Assembly (NCBI GenBank): GCA_040954595.2 | Contig: CM082584.2 | Coordinates: forward strand, 6,266,110-6,330,109 | Reading direction: 5' to 3' | DNA length: 64,000 bases | Source: Balanoglossus misakiensis | Lineage: Eukaryota; Animalia; Hemichordata | The notes under the pieces: generated by a model | The model's input: only the letters and a program-made list of their open reading frames with translations | Database searches by the model: none | What the model was told of the DNA's origin: nothing | Shown: piece after piece, positions 35,801 to 49,467 of the stretch | Layout: every line of letters begins with the position of its first letter | Position numbering within the stretch: position 1 is the stretch's first letter | Position numbers and translations under genes: made by a program

Positions 35801-38800
35801 ACAGGGATTTTTAAAGTGGTTTAAATATTTTGACCCTTTCACACAAGTACACAGTACATTTTCATATGTCTTGTTTGGAAGTAAAAGTAGTTTGTCAATC
35901 TCATCCAACCAAAAATGGAAATGTTCTTTGCATTTCATGACTTTTATAGCGTAACAACCAGTTGCATGACGAAACCACATCGCATCCGAGTCTTCTTAGG
36001 TCTGCCAGTGGTGGCGCTCTTTAATCTCCTTTCAACCATAGACAGTAGTACATGTACATGTTCTGTCTATGCTTCAACACTTACACATTTACATGTACAC
36101 GCAACGCAATACCGAGATCACAGAATGGGGGCGCCATACTCCACCATGTTGTACCGCACAAAACGTGACGATGTGTGTAGCATTTATGCTGTACGCCGTC
36201 GTTGGCGTCGCCCAGTCGTTTGTGTGGCGCGTGCTCGTACTTCTTTCATGGACTCAGTGTCCACAAATAAAGTCCAACAAGTTGGTACTGTAGATACAAC
36301 GTCTACAGATATTAACCGCATGAGTAACCTGGTACGCGCTAAATACCACAGACCGGTCTTAATGGCCATCTTGAGACGCGTCCAGCGGTTTGAAGGTGTT
36401 CTTCTCATGGGGCTGTGGTTTTCCTATCGCGCACACGCCGTGTTGACAAATAGAATACTGGATATTAGAACTGAACATGTATATGGTGAACAGAACAAGA
36501 AACAGCACTTGGGACACAGAACAAAGCGCGCCAAAACAGTCAAAAGTTAGAGAATGCACAGTAGGCTATGGTTAGGGTGACAGTCCCTATTTAAGTCGAA
36601 AATGATGTCATTGATTCAGCTAAAGATAAATGAGACAGCCTTCGACATATTTTGAAGTCGGGCTTCTATTTGATTGATTACCGGTGTTGAAAGGGCGCAT
36701 TGGGCTTTCAAAAATCGCATTATAATCGCCGGATCGCTTTATGATTTGCCGCTTTAACTGACGGGTGTGTACGTGCAGTAACGTCGTATATCCGAAAGGA
36801 GCTGTCGGCGATTGCCAAAATCTCCGTATCGCTCTGAGCGCGCGACCACACAATTTGAAACGTAATTGTTCCTAGAGTAGCCACCTTTTGAGTAAGAGGT
36901 CGGCGGTCGTGCCATCGATTACCCTGGTAGTGGTATTGTCATCGCGCCAAACGATGATCGTGTACCCGTGATGAAAATTCTGAAGTTCACCAGATATTTA
37001 CAAGTGATCGTCTGCTTATTAGCCTGCGACTGCGGTGTTGGTAGTGGCCGGGCCGTCCAGATCCTGAATGGGACCGCTCAAGTCCCTGGCAAACTCCGAG
37101 AGGCACTAAAAGCTGTCTGTTCCAGTGAATTCGTGTACGATTAAAAACCGAGCGATTTAAAAGGGCTTTCGATGTCAACAAGTTAGACAGAGTGAGGTTC
37201 AAGCATCGTCATCTTCATGGCCAATTTCTCAAAGCACTCCAAATCAAGTTTTTATTCTTGTTCGCTTCGGTCACTAGAATTTGCTAGTTGAACTCCTGTA
37301 AAAATCACCTGATTTCGTAGTCACGAGTGCCTGGTCCGACTTTATGTCCCATAACTATGCAAAGGCGAAAGAACGTGCGGCTAGGCACTAATACAGATTC
37401 CGAAACAAACAAATCTCGAAGTTTAAACCAAAATTTTTGACCACAGTAAATATACAGAATGGAGGTCGGGCCTTGTATAATCCCCTACATACAACACCAA
37501 ATTTACATGGGTCTGGCATTCATCTCAGCCACATTCCGTGGCCGGGCCTTCCTTTTTAATTAGTGAATTCGACCCAGCACCGAAGTCGCCACCACGATGA
37601 CAGTTTTGACAGATTAATTAATAGCTCTGACGTCACGCCCCAGACGTCCATGCCACTTCTGTAAATTTGAGGGGGGGGGGGCGAGGACACTATTCCATAG
37701 CGTGAACGATAACTGGCGGTATGAACTAATCATAAGCTGTGGTTTCTATGTTTTGGTGTTTTTAGAGATATCTCGACATCACGATGGCCGCACGCTTCGT
37801 TTCTCCACCTCCCCGCGACTGAAAAAAAGCCGGACAGTTTCCCCAAAGCTGGGGTGGGAACGCAGCGACCGTGAAAACACTTACTGTCCGCGACATTCTA
37901 ATTAACAAACCAGAAAGGACCGATTGATCGTCGGCTGAATGGGCCCTCAAGTGCTTTCGCTCCTGTCTTTTGAGCCAAAAATTGATGACTTGGCGCGCTT
38001 TTCAACCCGAGACCTGTAATTAACAATCACCTACACCGGACATCAGCCATGCATGTCGAAAGAAATGCCCCCCTCTCTTATCGGGAATTGCGATCTGTGT
38101 GTATCGACGATCAACTGATCATAAACAAACATGAATTTTCAGCTTGACTTCAGCCTCAAGTGACTGTTTGTTGTCTCTTGTGTTCGGACAACTTTGATCG
38201 TTCACTCGCTCTCTGCCGCCATAAGTTTCACTTTTACGCGAGCAGCAAGTCGCACTTGTCGCTCGTGGTGACGCCAAACACGTATAAACGATGACGCCAT
38301 TAACGTCGAATTTGACTGATTATTTACAGAAGGGGAATATCGACATTCAAATGCGTTAGTTCGAAACTTATTTTCTCTCAATAGAATGTTGGCCTTCTCC
38401 AAACTCACGCCACCGCTGTTGGAACTACACTTGAAATTTATACAACCGCGGCTGAGAGCGGCGTTTAGGGACACGGGTCATTGAAATACAAATAATCCGT
38501 AAAGATGTTTTATTCATTCACAGCGCTTTTTTACATCTGTGTTGTGTAAATGTTCTCCTTTGCAAGATTATATGAGTGTAAAAAGCTATAAGTTCACTCA
38601 TCTATGTCTCACGACTGAATAGAAATGTTGTAGTTTTACAGACTACAAGAGGTAGCCAACTTCAATCATCGAGATGCCGTATGGCATATGTAAGACGACA
38701 AGTTTCTTCCGTTTATCCACATACAGTAGGGTTTATCGAGCCAGACACGGTTGCATGATTTTGGGGGTCAATGTTTCACACTAGTTATACTGAGTTTCTT

Positions 38801-41800
38801 GTTATTTCCCTACAACGGACAAGTGAACTAATACGTGAATTCGAAAGAGGTCCACCGAACTGAAGCCACAGGTGCAATTATCACCGAAACCTTTTTGTGC
38901 TCACAAAAGACTTGCGTGGGATGCACTCCGTTTGTCCGCCATTGAAATGCGACCGCCGGAAATATTATTTAAGTGACATACGCGGAAATACGAAAATATT
39001 TCCCCCCATTGAAATTCTCTCACCTGAATCAGCCGGTGGATACCTATGCACATCGCACCTTCCCGTTGGCTGAAGGCACAACGTGGGAACAATCCGCCGA
39101 AATGATGAGAAAGAGAAAAATTGGGTCGATGCCCAATTTCTGCAGCGGAAGGAGAAAGTGTTCCCTTCCGGCTCCTTGACTAAATGCTCGGGGCAGTTTT
39201 AATGCAATATTTCGCAAGAAACCACAGACCCATAAAAGTTACCGACGCTAGTCGTAACTTTTGCACCATTTTCCGAGTACTAGTATATGTGCAGACGAAA
39301 CGGCCGCAAACATTACTTTATTCCAATCGCAATGTGATCGATTTTCCATGTGTATGTGTGCCGTTGTTTTTTTTTTTTTTTTTTTTTTTGGGGGGGGGGG
39401 GGAGTTTTCGGAGTCCACACGAGAAATGACAGCAGTTGACACAAAGAATAAAATGCCGTGGAATTATTAAACTATACTGTTTCGATGGGTGAATCCATGA
39501 TGGATATGCAGAAAAGTGAAATAATTTTAAAGTACACAAGGACAATGTACCAATGTATACGCGGCTTGTTGAAAAACAAACTTCGCGTCACAACGGGACG
39601 CGTCAGCCCCATGCGATCATTTTTATCTGTCTGTGCCGCGTAAGAATATATTTAACCGGTGTTTACGATATCTGTTTCCCCGAGGCCAATGTTGTTAATC
39701 CTCATCGATTTCTGCGGTCGGCATTTCCGTTCTTTAGCACGACGCGTTTAATTCCACGCTAAATTTGCTTTAGCCCCGCTACAAATAATAAACACAAAAC
39801 AATGGATTGAAAACAAACTTAATTTCGTCGTCTGGATCTTTATGTGCAGAGGTGTTAGGCTGCACCGACTCACGGCGTGACCTGAAGGGCTGCAGCTGAG
39901 TGCGAATAACACCGCAATACTGCCGTCTTGGAATTACATGTATTTTTATTCTCATGTTGGGGCCAAAAATTGTGTGATCGGTCGGACCGCGAGACACGCA
40001 TTTGACTTTACACAGAAAACTCCCCGACCTCATGAAACGATCAAATCTGTATTCTCAAACGCTTGAAAAATATATATTTGGACAGCAAAGCTCTTCCTTT
40101 TCTTATTAGACAGTACATAATTTCCGTAACGTCCGTCACGGTTGCTGAAAAAAAATAGTCAAAACCAAACAATATTGATAGTCCTGGTCGAGTTAGCTAC
40201 TGAGTATACCCAGTGACGTCACGGTTTTGTTTCAAGTCTGCGGCATCTGCGGCGTCATCTGGAGGTCATTCTACGGGAATTTGTGTTAATCGTTACTGGT
40301 TACCGCGACTCGAAACATCGTGCACTTTTGCGTTTCTATTTTTAGAAACGACGCTTTGCGTAGTAGTGGTCGGGCACAGCGGAAGTTGACCTCCAATTTT
40401 GTCTATTCTTAGTTCATTTCCGGTTTAAGTTTCGTGAATGGAGAACGGGTGCTGACGTAATTGAAATTACAGTAAACCGTGTGCATTGCAGTGTTATTCC
40501 TGAGCGCATTCAGGTTATTTAAAACCCCGTTAATGGTGTTGTGAAGTTTGCAAGCGTGGGGCGCGGTTATTTTATAGTCACTGAACGTGAGTAAAAGTTG
40601 CCCATGTGAACCACAGACAAACAACGCAAATCCGTGCGTGCGCAGAACGTCTACTTTTCGGCCAAACACTACCCTCTTCACTATAGCTTACAGAGGATAC
40701 CGAAACTTGAGTCTGTACGGATTTCCTCCCCGACTTTTTTTCTGGTTTATAAAGACCCATAAACCGTATGTCATGTTGCGATACAGAAGGATTAGTATAA
40801 ACGTAATAGGGGTCAAAGTTGAAGGGAAGGAGAAAGAGCAGGTTGCGGGAACAGATAAGGCTGGATGATATTCCCGAGTATCAAAACAACTATTTTTTAT
40901 TTTTTTAAAATCACACGCCTACATTTCTATCGAATGGCGCGTAATTTACTGCGCAATAAATATCGTTTTCAGAATCGCTCTGTGTACATACGCATAGACT
41001 CGACTTGTTATCGCACGATTTCGACGCAATTGGATTTCGACGCTAACGCGGTCAATGATGTCTGCCGTGCCAGCTTTGACCGACTTTTCAAGCAAAATAC
41101 TGATGTTTCCGCAGATTTTAACAGACACCGTCTCCAATGGCTGCATATATCTGTCAATCTTTTCAGTTTCTCATTGAACTGCGGTCTTCGAATACAAAAC
41201 TATGTATGTCACTTTCTTCATGCACTTTGCACGTGTGATGTTTTAAATCGGTCACTGACAATAATCTGAAAACCGAAATTCCAGCAAACCTACTATTCAT
41301 TGCTAATACCACAGAGCCATTTGTACACGGACAGCCTATAGCCTTTGTTCGTGGCCGCGGTCGGCCAGGAGGCCTTCTTGTTGGAGATTTCGGTTAGGAG
41401 AAAATTTTTAAAAAATCCTTCAAATCTGACTGACTTTGCTCAATGGTGTTTAACTTCACCTGCCACCGGACCCCCAAGTATATTGTGGACACGAAGACAG
41501 ATGACCAGGTATCATATTTCAATCGACTCGTCCGACAACCGGACACCTGCGCGTCCGACCAATGTCACGAACTCTCGAGTTTCGCTGAATGTCTCAATCA
41601 ATCGTCCGCTCAGTTTTATATCCTTTTTTTTGGGGGGGGGGGGGTCATTTCACTTTCGGAGCCCCCCGCCAAATCAGTCTTGTCAGATATCCGCCTTTCG
41701 AGGAATTTCATGTTTTTTTTCGACTTTCGCTGTTGTTTAGACTGGACTTTGGGTTTCGGTCAACAGATGGGATATTTTTTGTTGGTCGTCAAACGAGAAT

Positions 41801-43551
41801 TTCGGTGCGCATCGGGATTTCCCGTGAGAACGACACAAAGCTAAATCCCGTACGAGACGAGTTCTGAGAAAACGCCAGGTATATCAACAACAGTTTTTCG
41901 ACAGCAAACAGCTGCTCCCCCCCCCCCCCACTCATAACCTGCATCGGATTCCCAATACCAATAGAAGCGTGCTGTTCGAGATTTCGATAAGGTTGCCCCG
42001 GTTTATTGCGTTGGGCGCATTTTCCAGCAAATTTTATTACACTCAGCCCAGACATAAATGCCACGCATAACCTGTTTAGCTTAGTGATGAAACCACGGAA
42101 CAATAAATCAAACCGATCGCTTGTAAAAGTTCGCACAGTTATCGTTTTCCTTTGCCTCGACGGTAAACTTTTAGCGTCTCGTAGGATCGGATACGGTACA
42201 GTACCCGTGCACCCAGTATGGCCGTGTTTGCAAGTAGCAATATGGCACACAGCTTAGCTTCCTTAAAAAATTGCGGGACACCTGTGTAAACTGTTAAGGA
42301 AACACACTCCTCGGGGACAGATTTCAAGAAAAATGACAGCCCTTCAAACCCTTTCAATTCTTCGATATATTAAATTGAATTTCAAATTTGAGACAATTTG
42401 ACTCTCTCATTCATGTTGTTTGGTGCCCCCCCCCCTCCCCGCCAAGACAGTGATTTCCTGATGCTCGTACTCGGTCTTAGCATCTTGCCACGTAGATCTA
42501 CATTTCCCAATTGAGACGGACCACGTACACAACTCTGCCAGAAAGCGGAGAAATATTGAACAGATGCGACAAGATTTCACATAAAATGGACCAAACGATC
42601 TTTCAGAAGAAAGCGGGGATTCTTAGCGAAAATCCTTTCTTCGTGCATAACACCGATTCGGTCACGCCGTTTGCTCGGGACAACCTGTGCGTTGTACGGT
42701 GCTTCAGCACTTTTTCTTTAACTGTCTGTTATCCGACTGTCCTGGAAATAGTGTGGGTATCGCCGATAGTCGGTGGTTTTATCAGGAGAGCGACTCCAAT
42801 CTATTTGAGTTCGGCTGGCGGTATCATCCGCCGCCTGTCTTCTCTGTCCTATATTCGTATCCTCAGTCCATTTCACCACCATTCATCTCTGAAAGGTTCG
42901 TTTTAATATGTCTTTCATTTTTACTAAGCGAATTTCAATATTACAACTTGTCTTATGTTCATTCGAAGCCTACGAAAGGACAAGAGACGGGATTGGGTGA
43001 TCGCGCGATGCACGTGAGAGGAACTATCGGCTGAGCGCGTGTCATGGACCGAGTCACGAGTTTCCTGAGAGAAGAATAAAAAATCATGGTCCGATATATC
43101 CATGAGTCTTATGAAACCATCATTAAGTGTATGTACCAGCGTCTCGGGCTTTTGCTGCTCAAAGAGACGAGGTCGTGAACATTCCGCCGCTGGCTGTTAT
43201 TGTGCCTCTCGTCGAGAATTATTCTTTTGTGTATTTTCAAATGGGGAAGTGTTTGTCCACTCGTAATTGAGTGAAAGTATTTTCCATCCTAAAGCCGAGT
43301 TGAAGGGAAGAGCCGACAGACAAGTCATAAATAATCCCGGTTGAACTGAAGTGTGACGTTCTGGCTTGAAAAAGATCACTGGGGAGACGACCAGAGCTCC
43401 AGAAGTGGTCATGGCCGCCCAGTGGTAAGAAAACGCTTTTTTTAGCGAAGACAATTGTTAGGATTTCTGCGGTTCTGCTGTGGGATATTCGTCGTTTTTG
43501 CAGTTTTTAAAGATAGACTGGCTTGTTTATTTATTTATTTATTTACACAAA

Positions 43552-44565
43552 ATGAATTCGCCGATATCCTCGGTAAGCGGCGTCGTCGACGCGTCAGGAG
43601 ACAACGATATTGAACTGTCGCCTCTTCGAGAGATGCAAAATTTGGCGGGCAGCGTCAACAAGGAAAAGATGACCCAACTCGAAGTCGATGTCGGCGACGC
43701 GGCGCACCTACGCGAAGTGCCGAGTGGGGGTATTTTGAGACAAAAACTTTTGGAGGATAGGGAGGCGGGGACGCGGGAAGTGGGGTTTATCAAGCCGTGC
43801 CCAGAAGAGGAAGTGGCAGATGACAAAATCGAGTGGCGGAACGTTGTCGCCATGGAAACGTTGATGAGCCTGCGTCACCAGAGCCGCCGGGAGCGCACGC
43901 CGGGCCGCGCTATAAATGGGATCGCGGAGGTGCCGTCGTGGTTAGAGCGACAGCATCAGTCGTTGGTGCAGTACCCGGTGATTCACAGTTTTCCTCAGAC
44001 CGCAGTCGTCATGCCCCCGTTGACCCCAGCGTCGCTCCTGGCAGCGAAGAGGAGGATCCACAGCGAGCGAACGCCGTGGAAGACGCCGCGACGGGTGTAC
44101 ACCAATACGCGAGAGCGCTGGCGGCAACAGAACGTGAACATGGCCTTCAACGACCTGAGAAAGCTGCTGCCAACGCACCCGATCGACAAGCGACTCAGCA
44201 AGAACGAGATACTGCGACTTGCGATGAAGTACATTAACTTTCTTTCGAATTTACTCGAGGACCAGAGTGGCGAACAGTCGATGATGAACGACGGGGGACA
44301 CTTTTCTGCGCAGCATCAAAACGACGCGGGGAGGATGTTCGCCCCGCACGGCCACTCTGCGACCGCCGACGAAGCATACTCGCGGCTGCAGCACGACTTT
44401 GAAACGTCGAAGCTGGAACTGAGCGACGATGACGACGACGACGACGACGATAAAAGCGACGATCACGCGTCTACGGTGTCATCCCAGAGCAGCTGCAGTC
44501 GAGACAGCGGCAGTGTGATGAACGGCGACCACGATAGTATCATCGGCTCGTTCGCCCTGAACTAA
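43552..44565 (+). CDS. tal1: SCL/TAL1/LYL-family bHLH transcription factor (intronless, 337 aa)
   Basis: b[55 protein letters not shown] closely matches TAL1 [52 protein letters not shown]. First ATG at 43552 has A at -3; acidic/Ser-rich C-terminus. Confidence 0.93.
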   Translation: MNSPISSVSGVVDASGDNDIELSPLREMQNLAGSVNKEKMTQLEVDVGDAAHLREVPSGGILRQKLLEDREAGTREVGFIKPCPEEEVADDKIEWRNVVAMETLMSLRHQSRRERTPGRAINGIAEVPSWLERQHQSLVQYPVIHSFPQTAVVMPPLTPASLLAAKRRIHSERTPWKTPRRVYTNTRERWRQQNVNMAFNDLRKLLPTHPIDKRLSKNEILRLAMKYINFLSNLLEDQSGEQSMMNDGGHFSAQHQNDAGRMFAPHGHSATADEAYSRLQHDFETSKLELSDDDDDDDDDKSDDHASTVSSQSSCSRDSGSVMNGDHDSIIGSFALN

Positions 44566-45988
44566 ACCTTCGAAACTTTTCTGCAGGCACGACGCATCTC
44601 AGTTTTGTCTCCGTGGAGACCAATATCGTCGCGAAATTACCGGAAGCGTATATTCCGGGAACACTTGCGCGGAGCCCGCAGCTTACGAGACGAAAACCAA
44701 ATGTTTTGCGTTTGTTTACCGCGGTTACTTGGAACATTGCCAATAGGCCAGCCACGGGGTCAGGAAAAGTAGCAGACAGACACGCGACAGCGAGCTACTT
44801 CCCGCGAAGGGAAGTGAAGATCACGGACGCGATCGCGGACGCAGCTCTAGACAGCCGGTGGTTGTAGACTGGGAAATCCTGCTTTTATAAATAATAAACC
44901 AAAATCTCCGGGATGAAGTTTATTTTCACTTCGTTTTGATTTTCGTAGCAAATTGAAACGATTAAAGTGTTATACAAATTGTATTTTTACTTGATGTTTA
45001 AAATAATATGTGCAAAGCTGTAAGTTTTGACTGCAAAAATCTTTGCCTTTCACGTGGTGACTTGGGGAGAAATTTAGTCGTCCTTCAGTCAGTCCTAGAG
45101 ACACAAACCATAGTCTGTGTGCCCTGACATACACCACGAATGTATACTAGGCCGGACTTTTATGCAGGTATATATCTGTTTTGTTCCGGATCCTTTATAA
45201 GTTACTTTGATGTCTGTATATTTGAATTTTCGACTGTTATTAACGGAGATCGTGAACTTGCTGGCCAAGTGCTGATTAAAAAAAGTTATTGCATGATTAA
45301 TTTTTTTAACATATTTCTTCTTGGGTCTTGCAAAATATTCGCCCTTTAAAATATTTCGAGAAATGTAAAGAATTTGCTAATCAAACTGCTGTTAACGTAG
45401 CAAGAATGTCACGTGTACAATTTACCATCATAGTACATTGTATCCGGTAATGATTGCAATTACATGTAGTCTGATCTTTGTTGGTAAAGACTTTGGAAAC
45501 AGTCACTTATTTTTGAGTTTTGATAAAAACGACGATTTATTAGCAATAAAAACGATGACAGAGAAAGAAAATCTTGATCTTGTTGTACTTCTGTTAAGAG
45601 ACAAAGCTGCTGCTCTTTTCGATAGAGATTTGATAACGTTTGGTTTCGCGCTAGCTATTCGCGTTTGCCGTTTGCGCCCTCGAACGACTGGTCTGCCAGT
45701 CCGGGCGGGGGGATTCACTCACTAACAGCTCAAGTTCCGTCAGCTACGAGGCCTTTGAAATTTACGTGGTCGGTACACTGAAATGCGCCCTCAACTGCAG
45801 GTTTGCCAAGCGAGACAGGCAGATGAAGCCAGGGTTTGTCGGCTCGGTTGAACGTTGAGGGCACACACCCGCTAAGAAGATACGTTTGCGAAGGAAGTGA
45901 TCATGGGGCCTGCGAGAGAATCGGGCCGGGGAGCTCGGGGGAATCGTAACTCTAACATGTTCGAATCTTAGCGAGAAAGCAAGCAATT

Positions 45989-45994
<6 letters not shown>

Positions 45995-46039
<45 letters not shown>

Positions 46040-46047
46040 ATCCATTG

Positions 46048-46077
<30 letters not shown>
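45995..46077. repeat. (CT)n plus (TGTC)n compound microsatellite
   Basis: Seen directly. Confidence 0.9.
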
Positions 46078-46078
<1 letters not shown>

Positions 46079-46621
46079 TTATGTCCCTCGCATCATCGGA
46101 CATGTCTTTCGCTCTCCTCCATCGTCGCTTGGATTTGATGAATGGTTCCTCTTTTCAATTAAGTCTGTGAGCGTTTGTGAGACTCCAGGGTTTGAGAAGT
46201 CTCCTGCATGATATATGAGCGGGTAAAACCGCAATTATTTCACTGCAAAGCAGTCAAGACATAAGCGCAACCGAGTGCTAAAGGAGGATTCGTTATTCCC
46301 AAATTGTTGAAGTGAGATTTCATATGAAGTATTACACAGCTTCATAGGGGTTTATGTATGTTCAATTGCTAACGTCCAATGCAACTATAGCATGTTTATC
46401 AACTTGGTGCTTGGTATGGGCTGGAAAATATCCCAGTTCCAGTTTTTTTATTGACCTACGCTTCTTTGCGAAATGGGGTTAATAAATCGCTTGTCGAGAT
46501 ACTGTCATGTCATGTTTATCATTTTGGTGCCTGGAAGATCCCCCCTTTTCTGCTTTTAATCATTGACGTTCAAGATATAACAAGTACAGAAACGTGGCGG
46601 GGTACGAAATATTTTAATATA

Positions 46622-46798
46622 AGGGAGAACCATTAATTTGATTTCTGGGGGTGGGTGGAGGCTTTTTGGTGGGGAGTTGTTGTCACGTGATGCAGAGAGA
46701 AAAGGTGGGCTGGCAATCGTAAAAAGGATTCTGCAACATGGCTGAAAAAAATGCTGTCATCCTCAAATCCCCCCAAGGAAATCGAATGGTTCTCCCCT
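46622..46798. mobile_element. MITE-like element, about 180 bp
   Basis: Ends AGGGAGAACCATT..GATTTC..GGGG and CCCC..GAAATCGAATGGTTCTCCCCT are imperfect inverted repeats; non-coding interior. Confidence 0.55.
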
Positions 46799-47978
46799 TT
46801 ATAACAGGACATGGACTAAACAGCAACTCACTGATGGAAAACAGATGTACATCCCCTACTTTCCCAATTTGACGTCAGTCCTATTCTTGTCAGTAGCAGG
46901 CCTGATGCAGTTATTGAGCGAGGCACAGCAGCGCGCACCCTCGGAGTTACCTCTGACAACACCTCTCCTGGTTCGAAGACATGTTGTCACCACCTATGAA
47001 AGTACAACGTGTTTACTTACTGCCATTAATTAGAATTCGACCCAGCCCCCTCTGCCAGAAACATGCGTCTAAATAAATGTATTCAACCTTTGTTACTGAC
47101 TGGCCTAACGCCATGTTCTGTTACGCAGCTCTATCAACCACACACGACACTAGCTACAAGTGTTGACTGACTTCGACATGTTTTTCGGACCCCAAACCGT
47201 GGAATTCTCATCCGCGAACAGGCTCATCCATAAAACCTATTTAATTAATAGTTAATGACAGGAGACTTTTACTAATTTTGCAAAGACTCGCTCATGTGTA
47301 TTAACAAATTACAGCATCATCTCAGTTGGCCGCCTCATCAATTACTTGTATCGATGGCTAGGCAATGGGGACATGTGCAAACAGTAGCCCGAATTTGTTT
47401 CATAGTAGGCCTAATTACAAGTAAGATTATGAGAATAGATGAACATATGGGGGGACCATTGCTTGGGTGACATACTCAGGTAGATTAAAGGGGACAAATC
47501 GCTCTCTTTTTGACGTTTTGGGGGTCAATTCTCGTCGATACGAAAAGTTGCCTACTGGCCAACTGTAAACAATGATCTCCACTGTGCTTGTAGACCTTAC
47601 AAGATGAAACATGTATTCTTGGTACATTGTATTACAAAACGGTCAATAATTTAGAATCAGCCTTTTCCGATGATTGTCACTTCTTAATATAAAAATAACA
47701 CAAGCAACAGAAGACCCGAAATTGAAATTGCAAAATTGTGCAATTTAACGAGTGACACATGATACAGTTTAGTCACGGATCGTACATATATACAAAAGCA
47801 AAGAAAAAGCTATTTACTGGAAAAAAATAAGTGTTCAGAGGATAATGTACGTTGATTAAATTGGTTGCCACTCATTTGGCATCGTGGAGACCAAACACAA
47901 GAGCTGGCGCGTGATCTTCTGAATTTTCTTTTTCCCCCGTCCACCCCCGTGCGCTGTAATAGTTTCGCCATTCACACA

Positions 47979-48092
47979 TATAAAGGCATGAGGCGACAAG
48001 GTCTACATAATTGGTCGCGACAGACCTCCTGAGTGTTGCTGGTGTGAGGGGTTTACTTTGTCAGCTTTCGCGTTTGAAGCCTGCAGGTATGT
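47979..48092 (+). promoter_or_regulatory. Putative TATA box and non-coding first exon of the GPCR gene
   Basis: TATAAAG at 47979-47985; strong donor CAG|GTATGT at 48086/48087; pyrimidine-rich acceptor ..TACAG at 49460, 7 nt before the GPCR ATG. Confidence 0.45.
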
Positions 48093-48238
48093 ACTGAAAC
48101 GTGAGGAGGCAATTTCTGGTAAATTCCGAGTCATTGTTCATCCTACGAGGTAGAAAGAGTGTAGATTTTCAACAGACATGCCCACACTGACTTGATAAAT
48201 GATATCTCGGCTGGTAACATATTTCATAATGTCTCATC

Positions 48239-48240
<2 letters not shown>

Positions 48241-48318
<78 letters not shown>
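48241..48318. repeat. (GAT)n microsatellite
   Basis: Perfect trinucleotide run of about 26 units. Confidence 0.95.
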
Positions 48319-48319
<1 letters not shown>

Positions 48320-49128
48320 TCTGCAGACTGTTTTTTTTACAACTTGAATTTGATTCTGAAAGGTTGAATTCATTGTTATTGATATGATGATCAGTTGGGG
48401 CAAGAAGTTCGTTGTGAATGATATACGATTCATAGAACACAGAACATTGCTGCAAAGATCTATTTTCGTCAATGCGTCGCGTGGCACGGAAACAAGGCAC
48501 GCCAAATGGCAAGTGAAAGCGGATCAACCGAAATGCTGATTCCGGTGTGTTCCCACAGGCATGTCGCAGCGTAGGCAGTGCTGCAGCCGTCATTGAATAC
48601 CCGAATCTTTTCATGTTGGGCTAGACTATTGGATTAGGTAACATAATTCCAAATAAATGGTGCTAAGGTTGTAGATGGTGCAGAAACGGAAAAGATAGGA
48701 CCCTCCCTCATTACATTGTGCTTTAGTATCAAGTTCAAAGCAACATTTATTTTTTCGCTTTTGCTTTCAGCATATACTCTGCAGACGATGACTTTTCAGT
48801 CGCTTTATGTGGGCATGCTCCGAATGGGATATGTGATACTAAAAGCTTATCCCAGTTCTTCGCATACAAGGACAAATAACACATTGGAAACTATTTTAGG
48901 ATAATTGCATACGAGTACGAGCAACATGTAATTATAACGAACGACGTGCTTTGCATTTTGAGAGAAAGTCATATTTGAACAAAAGAGAATGACAAGTAAA
49001 GGCGGGTAGGCCTATGAGGTGACATGAATTCAGTCATCTCAAAATAGTTCCAATTCAGGCAAACGTTGGAAACATGATAGGTTTGTGTTGTAACTGTTGT
49101 CTTGTTTGAAATTCATTATATATATCTG

Positions 49129-49331
49129 CTGTAAAACACTTTATTTTCGGGAGTTGAAATCTTCGCGATATCGAGAGAGGCCACTGTTTCGCTAGAACTA
49201 ATTTTCGCGTTCTCTTATTTCATTCACTGCATCGTTATCTTTAAAAAAACTACGCGACTTTTTATGTACACTCTATTTTGGCTCTCGTATTTCGCGAAAA
49301 TTATTGCTCGCGAAAATAAATTGTTTTACAG
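49129..49331. mobile_element. MITE, about 200 bp, with CTGTAAAAC termini
   Basis: TIRs CTGTAAAACACTTTATTTTCG / CGAAAATAAATTGTTTTACAG; TA on the right flank; repeated internal TTCGCG motifs. Confidence 0.65.
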
Positions 49332-49467
49332 TAGGTTTTTTCGGTGTGTACTAATAAATGGTCTTTGTGATTTTGCGATTTTTACTGAACTCCACCACGA
49401 TCCTTTACAATCTTTTCTATTTGGTTATATCAATGTATTGTTTTACTGTCTTCGATACAGGTAAGAA

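Noticed and set aside
35915-36550. 211-aa ORF on the plus strand
   Set aside because: No recognisable motifs, compositional bias or splice context; consistent with a chance ORF.
43480-43551. N-terminal extension of the SCL ORF in the ORF track
   Set aside because: Starts at GTG and runs through a TTTA repeat; the ATG at 43552 is the plausible eukaryotic start.
26609-44565. Equating the Fox-SCL linkage with vertebrate TAL1-FOXE3/FOXD2 synteny
   Set aside because: The forkhead domain here has the FoxQ2 signature, not FoxD or FoxE.
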